Source: a virus (lineage: Duplodnaviria > Caudoviricetes). Taken from it: 64,000 bases of DNA. Of the stretch, positions 37,688-46,673 are shown piece after piece. The notes beneath the pieces were generated by a model. The model had not been told where the DNA came from. It worked only from the letters and a program-made list of their open reading frames with translations, and did no database searches. The DNA is taken from IMG/VR virus record IMGVR_UViG_3300021431_000096, positions 1-64,000 of that record. The stretch is one strand, 5' to 3'. A program made the translations under genes and the position numbers. Positions within the stretch are counted from its first letter, which is position 1. Each line of letters begins with the position of its first letter.

Positions 37688-39220
37688 ATGAAGACGATAA
37701 AACGACTATCGGACGACATAGCGACTGTCAATAATTTCATCGAAGCGCATGAGAACTACACAGAGACAAAGCCTTATAGGACTGATATCCGTGAGTTTGA
37801 AAGCAACTTCACTGCAAACATCAGAACACTTCTTAGAGCATATAACCTTGGCAACTGGGTGCCACCAGAATACGAAGAGCGTACTATCGTAGAACATAAC
37901 AAGCTACGGAAACTTGGTGTTTATCCTGCGGCAGAGCACAATATAGAATGGGCAGCACTGAATTATCTGGAGAAACCGTTGACCGATACATACATCCGCA
38001 ACTCTTGCGCCTGCGTCAGAGGACGAGGACAGAATGACTTTATTGATATCATATCCCGCGCCATGCGCAACAGTTATGATGACACACGCTACGGCGTGCA
38101 ACTGGATGCGCACCACTACTTTCAACTGATAGATCACAATATCATAGAGTGTGTGCTTGAAAGGAAGATCAAGGACGAAAGGTTGATGCGGTTACTGCAC
38201 AATATCCTGAGTTCTTTCATGAACGGATTGGTGCTCGGTACTAAACTCAGCCAGATAGAGGCGAACTTCCAACTGTCGCCCTTTGACCACGGAGCACAAT
38301 CATTATGGGGTGTTCGCAACGATGTGGAGAAGATGTGTTACTGGCGCCGAAGATATGTTGACTGGTGCATAGCAACCGTGCGAACCAAGGAACAGGCCGA
38401 GGAGCTCGCCAAGGGCGTGCAGTACCTGAACGCGAAGTTCGACAGCCTTGTGGACAAGGGCGTGTTCTATGCCAGGTTTGCCGACAACATCATCATGCTC
38501 TCTGGAGACAAGGCATTCTTGCATATCGTCACCGAAATTGCCATTATGGTGCTGGCACGGGACTATCACTATCAAACTAACAAGTCGTGGAATGTCCGAC
38601 CTGTTGAACCCGATGGCATAGACATCTGCGGTTATGTATTACATCATTATTATAGAAAAGTAAGAAAACGCATTAAACAAGATTTATGGAGAGAGGTCAT
38701 ACAGCTTCGCAAAAAAGGGAAATCGCCAGAGGAAATACGCCTGGCATGTGCCTCGCGTATTGGGTGGCTAACGCATGGCGACTGTAGGAACCTTCTCAGG
38801 AAAATGAATGTCAATATGGAAGAACGGCTTGGCGATAAGATTAAGAAAAAGAGAATAATGATTCCTTTTGAAGGTATGACGAAAGAACAGCGACGTTCTA
38901 TCGAGGACTTTCTTTGTTATACTGACGAAGACGAAAATGATAAGATGATTCTCCTTTTGGAATATACTGTCGGCAAGTCGATATTTCCAGGAAAAGAAAA
39001 CCGTGCTGCGTTAAGGTTCAAAACTTCAAACGGAATCATTCGTCATCCCGATGGTACCACAGAGCATCAGTGGAGTGAAGAGGAACTTTACGCATGGACT
39101 GGTTCACAAATACTGATAGAACAGATGTTGCAGGAGTTCTCACCAGAAGATTTGCCTGCGCCGACGGCCATTCACGAAAACACGAACAAATACGGAAAGA
39201 AATATTATAAGTTCACTTAA
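37688..39220 (+). CDS. DGR reverse transcriptase with a C-terminal extension
   Basis: SCACVRGRG, QLDAHHYFQLIDH, GLVLGTKLSQ..AN, ARFADN, GIDICGY; adjacent to TR/VR. Confidence 0.93.
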   Translation: MKTIKRLSDDIATVNNFIEAHENYTETKPYRTDIREFESNFTANIRTLLRAYNLGNWVPPEYEERTIVEHNKLRKLGVYPAAEHNIEWAALNYLEKPLTDTYIRNSCACVRGRGQNDFIDIISRAMRNSYDDTRYGVQLDAHHYFQLIDHNIIECVLERKIKDERLMRLLHNILSSFMNGLVLGTKLSQIEANFQLSPFDHGAQSLWGVRNDVEKMCYWRRRYVDWCIATVRTKEQAEELAKGVQYLNAKFDSLVDKGVFYARFADNIIMLSGDKAFLHIVTEIAIMVLARDYHYQTNKSWNVRPVEPDGIDICGYVLHHYYRKVRKRIKQDLWREVIQLRKKGKSPEEIRLACASRIGWLTHGDCRNLLRKMNVNMEERLGDKIKKKRIMIPFEGMTKEQRRSIEDFLCYTDEDENDKMILLLEYTVGKSIFPGKENRAALRFKTSNGIIRHPDGTTEHQWSEEELYAWTGSQILIEQMLQEFSPEDLPAPTAIHENTNKYGKKYYKFT

Positions 39221-39247
39221 TATTCATCATTTTAAAATGTTTTGATT

Positions 39248-39901
39248 ATGAAAACAAGAAGTTATCAGTCAGGTTTGACTTACGAAAAGTATGATCGCGA
39301 CCACATTGCAATCTACTTCAACGAGACAACAAAGGAAGTGCCTTCGGGTAATGATAGGGAATCGACACAGGTAGAGTATGAATACGATACTGTGCTTGTG
39401 GCTGCTGAGACTCCTTCAGTAGAGGCATTTGCAGCAGCCCTTGTGGCTAATGGCATAGCCTTGCTTGATGCACAGGCTATTGCTACGGGTATTATCTTTG
39501 CTTCAATCCAAAAGGGGCAGTTGGAGGGTGATGAGCTTGCTGCAGCCAAGGAGATGGTACGAGCCAAGATTACTGCCTACGACTCGTCATCGGCAGTTAA
39601 TGAGTTTACCTATCAGGGAACGCCGATGTGGCTTGACAAAGACACACGTGCAGGTTTGATGCTGCGACTGAATGCCGAACAGGCTGGTGGTCACGAAAAC
39701 ACAACGTTATGGTATGGCACACAATCCTTCTCGTTGCCTGTAAGCAGTGCTATACAGATGCTTACCGCATTGGAACTTTACGCATCGGCTTGCTTCGACA
39801 TGACGGAAGAGCACAAAGCCGCTGTTGATGCCAAACACACGGTTAACACCGTATTGGCATACGATTATACGCAAGGCTATCCCGAAAAGCTGGCTTTCTA
39901 A
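39248..39901 (+). CDS. DUF4376-like tail-fibre-associated protein
   Basis: I.AYDSS.AVNEF...G..MWLDK.TR.GL...L..LELYA..CFD.T..HKAAV...YDYT.GYPEKL.F. Confidence 0.75.
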   Translation: MKTRSYQSGLTYEKYDRDHIAIYFNETTKEVPSGNDRESTQVEYEYDTVLVAAETPSVEAFAAALVANGIALLDAQAIATGIIFASIQKGQLEGDELAAAKEMVRAKITAYDSSSAVNEFTYQGTPMWLDKDTRAGLMLRLNAEQAGGHENTTLWYGTQSFSLPVSSAIQMLTALELYASACFDMTEEHKAAVDAKHTVNTVLAYDYTQGYPEKLAF

Positions 39902-39936
39902 TCGTTTGTCCTGATTTTCAATAACGCAGAGTAACT

Positions 39937-40440
39937 ATGAGCGTTTCGATAATGCTTTCTATCCTCCTGGTGGTGTCCTTTGTGGGCACCACCATTTGGA
40001 AAGAGAAAGAACTGCCAGATAGCATCAGCGCAATGGTGTGGGTGCTTCCCGAAGGCGGCTTGCGGTGGCTGTGGTCAATATGGCTCGTTGCCGTGTCCAT
40101 CCTTACCTTTGCTCCTGCCATCGGCATCCTCGACGCAAGGGGTCTTGGTGTGTTCGGATTTCTGCCTATGGTATGCCTCGGCTTTGTTGCAGTGTGGCCT
40201 CTCTTCGACCAGGAACACGTCAAATGGCACTACGTGATGGCAGTGGTCGGCGGCATCCTCTCGCAGGTCACGGTGGCTTTTATCAATCCGTGGTGGCTAT
40301 CCGTCTGGCTCTTGATGGCTGTAGCGCTATGGAAGCCCATCAGAAGCAAGGCTGTGATGATATCGGAGTGTCTATGCTATGTGGCGATGGTTGGCGCACA
40401 AACAAGCACAGCTCTTTTCGTCCACACGCAAAATCCATAG
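39937..40440 (+). CDS. Multi-pass membrane protein
   Basis: LPDSISA motif and about five hydrophobic segments. Confidence 0.7.
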   Translation: MSVSIMLSILLVVSFVGTTIWKEKELPDSISAMVWVLPEGGLRWLWSIWLVAVSILTFAPAIGILDARGLGVFGFLPMVCLGFVAVWPLFDQEHVKWHYVMAVVGGILSQVTVAFINPWWLSVWLLMAVALWKPIRSKAVMISECLCYVAMVGAQTSTALFVHTQNP

Positions 40441-40460
40441 CAATAAATCTTTTTTTCATT

Positions 40461-40720
40461 ATGACTAACGGCGAAGAACAGAAATCACGGAGTTACTTTT
40501 ACCGCTTCGAGGCCAACACGCGGATATCAAGCCCGACAAGTTCGGTGGCGCACAGGTGGCCACGCCCGACATGCTGACCGCCGATATGTTGACGTGGGGC
40601 ATCAAGGCCGAGATAGACCGCAAGTTCTCCAAGGTTTTCGCTATGAACAAGCAGACCGCGCGTCCAGGACGGCACCTCATCCGAAGGCGGTGATAATGGC
40701 GACAACGGCGGCTTCGCTAA
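40461..40720 (+). pseudogene. Frameshifted remnant, possibly of a fourth HU-like gene
   Basis: Pieces in different frames read DIKPDKFGGAQVATPDMLTADMLTWGIKAEIDRKFSKVFAMNKQ and QDGTSSEGGDNGDNGG (acidic Gly tail like the HU-like genes). Confidence 0.35.
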
Positions 40721-41102
40721 ATTCAGCGGCACGCCCTCTCCGGCAAAGCGCCACCGTCTGGATGAATGTTTACAATGGTCCCAGACGCGTTGGAACGGCA
40801 AAGGTAGGGAATGTTTTCGGAACGGCAAGCGTTCGTTAGCATTATTTAAGGAAAAGCACAAGGGGAGTCCCCGCCGTCCGAGATGGATGGCAGGGATGAC
40901 TTTGTGGTGTTCTGGCAGCTACCTGACGACGACCGTCAGCTCCGATCCGTCCGTGAAGATGATGTCCTGATTGTGATACAGAGGTGGTTGCCGTTATTTA
41001 GTCCCAAACGAAAAAAGCACATATTGTAAATTTGCTGATAGAACGCCGCCCAGATGCGGTTAACAGCGCCAGCCGCAGACAGCGGCTTACTCTCGCGAAG
41101 GG

Positions 41103-41255
41103 AAAAGAAAAAAGTTCAGGACTTGCGGGCGAACCTGCTACAATTCTAACGGACATGAACCGTCTGTACCCGCAAGGAACCTGAACTAAAAGGTCTCCTT
41201 TCTGATACGACGGTTCAATATTTTATTCCGTAAGAATTGTAGCGATGCAAAATTA
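41103..41255 (-). ncRNA. Putative structured antisense RNA with a -7 box and terminator
   Basis: TAATTTTG on the - strand at 41248-41255; stems 41137-41147/41233-41243, 41156-41164/41209-41217 and 41114-41129/41169-41186, followed by a T-run. Confidence 0.5.
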
Positions 41256-41559
41256 TAACAAAAATTACAATCGAGAGAATATCCATCACATCAGTGGGTA
41301 CAATTTAGTGAAACTTAACGCTTATAAACTGAAATTAATGCAGGCTCTCGGCATCAGGGTGGAGGACGTTAAAAACCTTGCTCCTTACGAGGCTTATCAC
41401 AACATGATGGGCATGAATATCGACCGAAAGCGCATGTATGCTTTCATCCGGCAGGAGTACGGCATCAGCAGGACGAATATGCAGAATATAGCGAAGCGTT
41501 TTGAGCAGACGGTTGACAATGATGCCGGTGATTTCGGGGAGGAAATCGGAGACGGATAG
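41245..41559 (+). CDS. Hypothetical protein, possible helix-turn-helix regulator
   Basis: L.....GIRVEDVK.L..Y..Y..M...RQEYGISRTNMQNIAKRF pattern; start uncertain. Confidence 0.5.
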   Translation: MQNYNKNYNRENIHHISGYNLVKLNAYKLKLMQALGIRVEDVKNLAPYEAYHNMMGMNIDRKRMYAFIRQEYGISRTNMQNIAKRFEQTVDNDAGDFGEEIGDG

Positions 41560-41814
41560 TTAAGGTTTGTCAATAGAGTGACGCGGGTTTTGGCTGACGG
41601 TAGCCAAAACAGCGGTTTTCGGGCGGTATGGCTGTGGCTGTATCGCTCGAAAGCCTTTTATACAGGCGGTTTCTGCGTAGCCAAGAACGGTGGCTGCGCA
41701 TTAACGCTTTTCTTTGGCAGGTGTGGCTTCTTTTTCCGAAATTTGCTGTCGGAAACGAGGAAACTCAAATCCACTACAATTCACTTTATTTATTAACACA
41801 AAAACTTTAAGACT

Positions 41815-42384
41815 ATGGCATTAGAGATGAATGATTTGATGATGCTCCGTGGGATGGACTCCAAGGAAGGTCTGTCGCCCTATGAGCAGGTGAAGCTCGA
41901 CCACATGACTGCAAAGAATCACACTGGCGGTGTGGCAGTAGCAGGACTGGTGACTGGCGTGGCTGGTGTTACCATCGCCGCAACGGCATGGCTGTTCGGT
42001 GGTATGTACTCCAATGCGAAAGCGAAGGAGGCCAAGGAGACGGCTATTGCCGCCAAGGAGATTGCAACCCTGCAGAACGGCGCTACACAGCGTCAGCTCG
42101 ATCAGTTGACCAACCTGTTTGCTGCTGAGCGTCAGGAGCGCATCGCTGGCGACGTGACGCTGAACCAGACCATCACGGACACCGTGAGCGGTCAGCAGGC
42201 CAGCACCCTTACTGCCCAGCAGCAGGCAGAACTCATGGCCTCGCAAGCTACGCAGCAGGTGATGACGAAGACCTATGAGGACTTCGTGACTGGTCGCGCT
42301 TCGCTGAACCCGACTCCCGTCAGCCTGTACTCGGCTCCACAGCCTTGTGCTTGTCCTGCCAGCGGTTGCGGTTGCGGCGCGTAA
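41815..42384 (+). CDS. Membrane-anchored coiled-coil protein with C-terminal CxC...GCGCG
   Basis: GGVAVAGLVTGVAGVTIAATAWLFGG hydrophobic segment; Gln-rich coil; PQPCACPASGCGCGA. Confidence 0.75.
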   Translation: MALEMNDLMMLRGMDSKEGLSPYEQVKLDHMTAKNHTGGVAVAGLVTGVAGVTIAATAWLFGGMYSNAKAKEAKETAIAAKEIATLQNGATQRQLDQLTNLFAAERQERIAGDVTLNQTITDTVSGQQASTLTAQQQAELMASQATQQVMTKTYEDFVTGRASLNPTPVSLYSAPQPCACPASGCGCGA

Positions 42385-42468
42385 GCGATTTGAGGGGCTG
42401 TGACTGTCCCGTATGCTGCGGCACTGCCGCAGCCTCTCATTTCCAAATTCAATTCACGGCAATATGAT

Positions 42469-42834
42469 ATGTTTGGATATGGTAAACGAAAACGACGTAT
42501 GCAGATGGTACAACAGGGATTAAGGGCGACGAGCAAGAGCAGTCTGAAGCTGCAATGCCTCTTTTGTGCAAAGGGCGACCTGAAGGAGGCAAAGGAACTC
42601 TACGACTTCTTTGCGAGCGACATGCCCGACCTTCCGGACTACGACCCTGTGCCGCCGACTTGGCAGCAGAACACGGCACAGACCATCAACGGCATCATGG
42701 ACTGGGTGAAAGAGAACCAGGGGGCGTTGGCACAGGCTTACGACTTCATAGCAGGCATCGTCAGAAAGCGGGGCATACCGCCAACGGCTGCGCCCGAGCC
42801 GCCAGCCGCACCGCTGCCACCCATCAATCAGTAA
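42469..42834 (+). CDS. Hypothetical protein
   Basis: ATG in GATATG context; Pro-rich tail. Confidence 0.7.
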   Translation: MFGYGKRKRRMQMVQQGLRATSKSSLKLQCLFCAKGDLKEAKELYDFFASDMPDLPDYDPVPPTWQQNTAQTINGIMDWVKENQGALAQAYDFIAGIVRKRGIPPTAAPEPPAAPLPPINQ

Positions 42835-42852
42835 CAACTAATTCACGGCATT

Positions 42853-43074
42853 ATGAATGAGAAGAAAGAAATCAAGGTGTTCCCCATCACGTTCGAGGTG
42901 TATGCCTACGATGCGCAGGAGGTGGAGGAACTGCGCAGTGCGATAGTGGACTTTATCGCCACCAACGCCCAGCGGAAAGTGCCTATACTGGCTGGCAAGG
43001 CCGCACAGGGCATCAGGGCATGGGATAAGAACCCGTTCGTCAGGAACAGGATTATCCAACACTTCCAAGTTTAG
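42853..43074 (+). CDS. Hypothetical protein
   Basis: 73-aa co-directional ORF. Confidence 0.7.
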   Translation: MNEKKEIKVFPITFEVYAYDAQEVEELRSAIVDFIATNAQRKVPILAGKAAQGIRAWDKNPFVRNRIIQHFQV

Positions 43075-43121
43075 AAAGAATCAGAAAGTTTTGCAAGAAT
43101 TATCAAAAAATAGCAAGGATT

Positions 43122-43457
43122 ATGGATCAGACAAATCAGAATCAGAATCAGCAGAGCGGGCAGTTCAAGTGTCCAGGCAACTGTCTGCAGTGCCTGCCCG
43201 CACAGCGTCAGTATTGTGCCTCGCAGCACGCCTACTCGAACATGAAGGTGCTCGACAAAATCATGGAGACGCTACTCGGTATGAAGAACCAGATGGACGC
43301 GATGCAAGGCACGGTCGCGGAGCTCTCGGCGAAGATCGAGGCCATCCAGAACGGCGAGGCTGCCGTGTTCGACCCCAATGGCGAGGGCGAGCTCTTCCCG
43401 AAGGAGTTTGCCGTCGCGGAGCCCGCAACCGACGCACCTGCAGAGGCGGCGAAATAA
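43122..43457 (+). CDS. Cys-motif plus coiled-coil protein
   Basis: CPGNCLQC...QRQYC followed by a heptad region. Confidence 0.7.
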   Translation: MDQTNQNQNQQSGQFKCPGNCLQCLPAQRQYCASQHAYSNMKVLDKIMETLLGMKNQMDAMQGTVAELSAKIEAIQNGEAAVFDPNGEGELFPKEFAVAEPATDAPAEAAK

Positions 43458-43475
43458 GCCCCTGAAAATGCCGAT

Positions 43476-43548
43476 GGACTTTTACTACCAACAAAAGTCC
43501 ACTTTTACTACCAATAAAAGTCCACTTACGCTCCAACAAAAGTCCACC
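43476..43548 (+). repeat. About 3.5 x 22-23-bp repeats (CCAA[C/T]AAAAGTCCAC)
   Basis: AAAAGTCC at 43493, 43516 and 43538. Confidence 0.8.
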
Positions 43549-43627
43549 TGCACAAAAATACAGCGCAAGACGGGTAGCGGCGCACCAAAAGGCTCCCAAG
43601 ATAATCAACACAAAAAACTAAAGTATT

Positions 43628-44107
43628 ATGGCAAACTGTAATTGTAATTGTCGTAACGGACAGGATGCACTCGACTTCCTGACTTCCGTACCAGGCGGCA
43701 CCGCTGCCAACGCAACGTATCAACTGGGACTGACCCACTACACTTGTGGAAACCGCAAGATGCTCGTGGCTGACCCGACGCATCCCGTCATCGCACAGCT
43801 GACGGCTACGCCCGTCGGTACGCCCATCGACCTCGGCAACGACACCTTCTGTCAGGAGTGCCAGATTGCGGGCACCGTCACCTACAAGCCCTGTAACTCC
43901 TGCTCGCCGCAGACCGAGTATGTCAGCCAGCGCGTCTGCCTGCCGTGCTCGTCGGCTGTGTCGCCCACGCTCACCATCGGCACCGTGGCTGCTTCGCCGA
44001 AGCCTATCACGTACTACGCAAACAATGGCTGCGGATGCTGCCAGGGCACTTACCCATGCACCAACCGCATCGCCATCACCACGTCGATTAACGTGACAAC
44101 GGCATGA
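43628..44107 (+). CDS. Cys-rich hypothetical protein
   Basis: ANCNCNC, THYTCG, FCQEC, PCNSC, VCLPC, GCGCC. Confidence 0.75.
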   Translation: MANCNCNCRNGQDALDFLTSVPGGTAANATYQLGLTHYTCGNRKMLVADPTHPVIAQLTATPVGTPIDLGNDTFCQECQIAGTVTYKPCNSCSPQTEYVSQRVCLPCSSAVSPTLTIGTVAASPKPITYYANNGCGCCQGTYPCTNRIAITTSINVTTA

Positions 44108-44484
44108 ACTGGCCCGATGTACTGATGATTGTCTTCTCCGCGACAGCCGCCAACCACCTCGGTCTGGCGGCTGCCGCAGAGAGCGTCGTCCGTCACCGCC
44201 TGCCAGTCCTGAACTGTCCCAAGTGTGCGGCATTCTGGAGTGTGATAGTGTACGGTGTGGCGGTAGCAAATTCTTCACTCTTCACTCTTCACTCTTCACT
44301 CCAAATCCTCGCCGCCGCCTTCCTCTCCGCATGGTCAGCCGTCTGGCTCGACCTCTTAATGGGAATCATTGACCAATTATATATAAAGGTATATGACACG
44401 TTTTATCCAACAACAGATACCACCGACACCGACGCGCTCGATACCGCAGACCCCGTGTCCGATGTGTCCGACGGCCAAGGTTGA
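44104..44484 (+). CDS. Membrane protein with CPKC motif
   Basis: ANHLGL...LNCPKC..FW; in-frame TTCACTC repeat (NSSLFTLHSSL). Confidence 0.7.
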   Translation: MNWPDVLMIVFSATAANHLGLAAAAESVVRHRLPVLNCPKCAAFWSVIVYGVAVANSSLFTLHSSLQILAAAFLSAWSAVWLDLLMGIIDQLYIKVYDTFYPTTDTTDTDALDTADPVSDVSDGQG

Positions 44485-44666
44485 GTCTGTCGCTGTGCCA
44501 CAGCGACCGCAGCCCAAATCCGAAACAATATCGGAAAAGGCACCGAAACCGATGCCTAAACGACAAAATAAGAAATAAAAATCGCCGATTTCCGCTTGTT
44601 TCCGCAGAAATCCTGCAAATAAGCAGGTTTAAGTCGGCTTAAAGTCTAATTTAAACAGAAAATAAG

Positions 44667-45167
44667 ATGAACTCAACAGAATTGAAAGACCGCTACATGG
44701 GTCTTTATGACTACATGGCGCAGAGCCGCGACCCGAAGAATATGAAAGCCTTCGGTTGCGTGATGACAGAGATGATGGACTACCTCGTGGCCAACAAGCC
44801 CGACGTAGCCGAAGAGATGATAGACAAACTGGAGGCTATCAAATGGCGTCAGTACCTCACGCCAAAAGAGGCCGAGAAGATTGTCGCCGGTATGGAACCG
44901 AAAGCACCGTGGAGTCGCGAGGTGTGGAAGAACGCTATGGAGTCGTTCGGACTGCCACTGGAGGAGATGCCAGCCTACAACCGCTGTGCGCTCTGGGTGG
45001 AGATGAACAAGATTTACTCCGACTTCGGCGAAGAGATAGCCGCCTTGCTCGGCAAACCGCTGTCAGCATCCGACAAGGATATCATCTCAGCCTGCTACAA
45101 GATGGCGCTGAAGAACCTGAAGGATAAGGACGGCGTGTACGACATCCGCAAGTATTTCCTCTGGTAG
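44667..45167 (+). CDS. Conserved helical hypothetical protein
   Basis: YLT..EA..IV..M.P...WS...W.......YN..ALWV.MN..YSD...A...LKD.D....IR.YF. Confidence 0.75.
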   Translation: MNSTELKDRYMGLYDYMAQSRDPKNMKAFGCVMTEMMDYLVANKPDVAEEMIDKLEAIKWRQYLTPKEAEKIVAGMEPKAPWSREVWKNAMESFGLPLEEMPAYNRCALWVEMNKIYSDFGEEIAALLGKPLSASDKDIISACYKMALKNLKDKDGVYDIRKYFLW

Positions 45168-45209
45168 GTCAAAGTAGGTCAGAGAAGGTCAAAGTAGGTC
45201 AAGTTTTGT

Positions 45210-45497
45210 ATGGACTATGCCGCCGCTGCTGATGCACTCATGCGCCGCAAACTCTTAGAGCAGATGTACGACCGCATGACCGACGAAGAGAAGCGACTCT
45301 TCGCCATGATGACAATGCAGAACAAGAGCAGCGACGAGATCCTGCAGGCTATTCAGAAGAACCAGCAACACTTGCAGCACCTCGTGGAGCACGCCGACCG
45401 CGACCAGTGGTACAAAGCCTTCGGCTCCGACGTAGCCGCCAACGTGCTCACCACCTCTGCCTTCTGGCTCCTCGGCAAGCTCTTCGCCAAGCGATAA
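45210..45497 (+). CDS. Hypothetical protein
   Basis: FGSDVAANV C-terminal amphipathic segment. Confidence 0.7.
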   Translation: MDYAAAADALMRRKLLEQMYDRMTDEEKRLFAMMTMQNKSSDEILQAIQKNQQHLQHLVEHADRDQWYKAFGSDVAANVLTTSAFWLLGKLFAKR

Positions 45498-45528
45498 AAC
45501 TATCCATTCGATATCGCCGTGAATGGTC

Positions 45529-45570
45529 GCGGGCGCATCGGTTTCACAGCCCTTGCGCCCGCCTTTTTTG
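45529..45570 (+). terminator. Intrinsic terminator
   Basis: GCGGGCGCA...TGCGCCCGC followed by CTTTTTTG. Confidence 0.7.
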
Positions 45571-45656
45571 CCTGCAAATGCGCCCTTTCCGCAGCCTTAT
45601 ATCCCAAAAAGTTCACCGCCCGTCTATATCTTTGCAGAAAAGAAATCAGACAAGAC

Positions 45657-46022
45657 ATGACAACATTTATTAATGACATCCAACCCATCCTGTTGACCGC
45701 CCTCGTTGGCGTACTCATCGCCTATGCTCGCTACGTGAACACCCTGAAAACCCGCGTGGCAGTGTTAGAGCGAACCATCGAAGATTTGCTGAAGACCATC
45801 GACAGCATGCAGAAGCGGCTCGACTCGCACTCGAAGAAACAGGACGAGATTCACGACACGCTCAACGACGTGAAGAGCGACATGAAGGACATGAAGGTGG
45901 AAATCGTGAAGGAGATGGGACAGATGGCCTCGAACCTGAGCGGACTGGCCTCCGACCTGAAAGGACTCAACAACCTGCTCGCAATCTCTGACTACGGCAT
46001 CCGTGCCAACAAACCGCAATAA
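45657..46022 (+). CDS. N-terminal TM plus coiled-coil protein (holin/lysis-associated candidate)
   Basis: PILLTALVGVLIAYA then heptads; downstream of the ATCCC-N21-TATCTTTG promoter. Confidence 0.55.
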   Translation: MTTFINDIQPILLTALVGVLIAYARYVNTLKTRVAVLERTIEDLLKTIDSMQKRLDSHSKKQDEIHDTLNDVKSDMKDMKVEIVKEMGQMASNLSGLASDLKGLNNLLAISDYGIRANKPQ

Positions 46023-46025
46023 AAT

Positions 46026-46466
46026 ATGATTCATCACGACCGATATCCCAATCACTCCGTGCCTCCGGCTCGCCACAAAGTCGGAAATCGCCGCACTTGG
46101 GCTGACCGCTTCGGGCTAAACGTCTTGCGCCAGCGGTGGTCAAACGCCATGCCAAAGTTCTTCAAGCGTGTATGCTGGCTGTCGGCTCTCGTCGGCGGAA
46201 CCGCCCTCGCCGTCAATACCGCAATAACATCTGGCGGCGGAACGACGCACGAATGGTGGAACGACATCTATCCATATTTATTGGGTGTTCCTGCTGGAGC
46301 CGCTTTCGTGGCCAAGTTCACTCAGAACTATGATCGAGACGGCAAGCCCATCAAAAAGGAACTTCCAGAGGGCGACAATCCGTCAGCCGTAAACTACTCC
46401 GATATTGAGACCGTTTCGCCTGCTGAGCATGAGAAAATCGACATCGACCCGTACAATGGCGATTGA
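46026..46466 (+). CDS. Holin-like two-TM protein
   Basis: RW...MPKFFKRV.W....V.G.A......YL.G..AGAAFVAKFT pattern. Confidence 0.5.
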   Translation: MIHHDRYPNHSVPPARHKVGNRRTWADRFGLNVLRQRWSNAMPKFFKRVCWLSALVGGTALAVNTAITSGGGTTHEWWNDIYPYLLGVPAGAAFVAKFTQNYDRDGKPIKKELPEGDNPSAVNYSDIETVSPAEHEKIDIDPYNGD

Positions 46467-46673
46467 CATATATCATTGCTAAAAGATGCGCTTCTCGATA
46501 TACCCAACAAACAAACGTTAAACAGAAGCTTAAAATATCTTAAACTATTGTCTAAGAACACCCCAAAAACGGACATCAAAGAAAGAGTATCAAATTTTGG
46601 TTGATTTCTGAACAAAAAGCGGAAGAAAAGACAGAGACATTCTATAATATATAAGGTATAAAAGGACAACGAT

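Noticed and set aside
37688-39220. RT as a group II intron, retron or Abi RT
   Set aside because: The adjacent TR/VR pair with A-only mismatches and the LG...SQ motif indicate a DGR; no intron domain V or msr/msd structure was seen.
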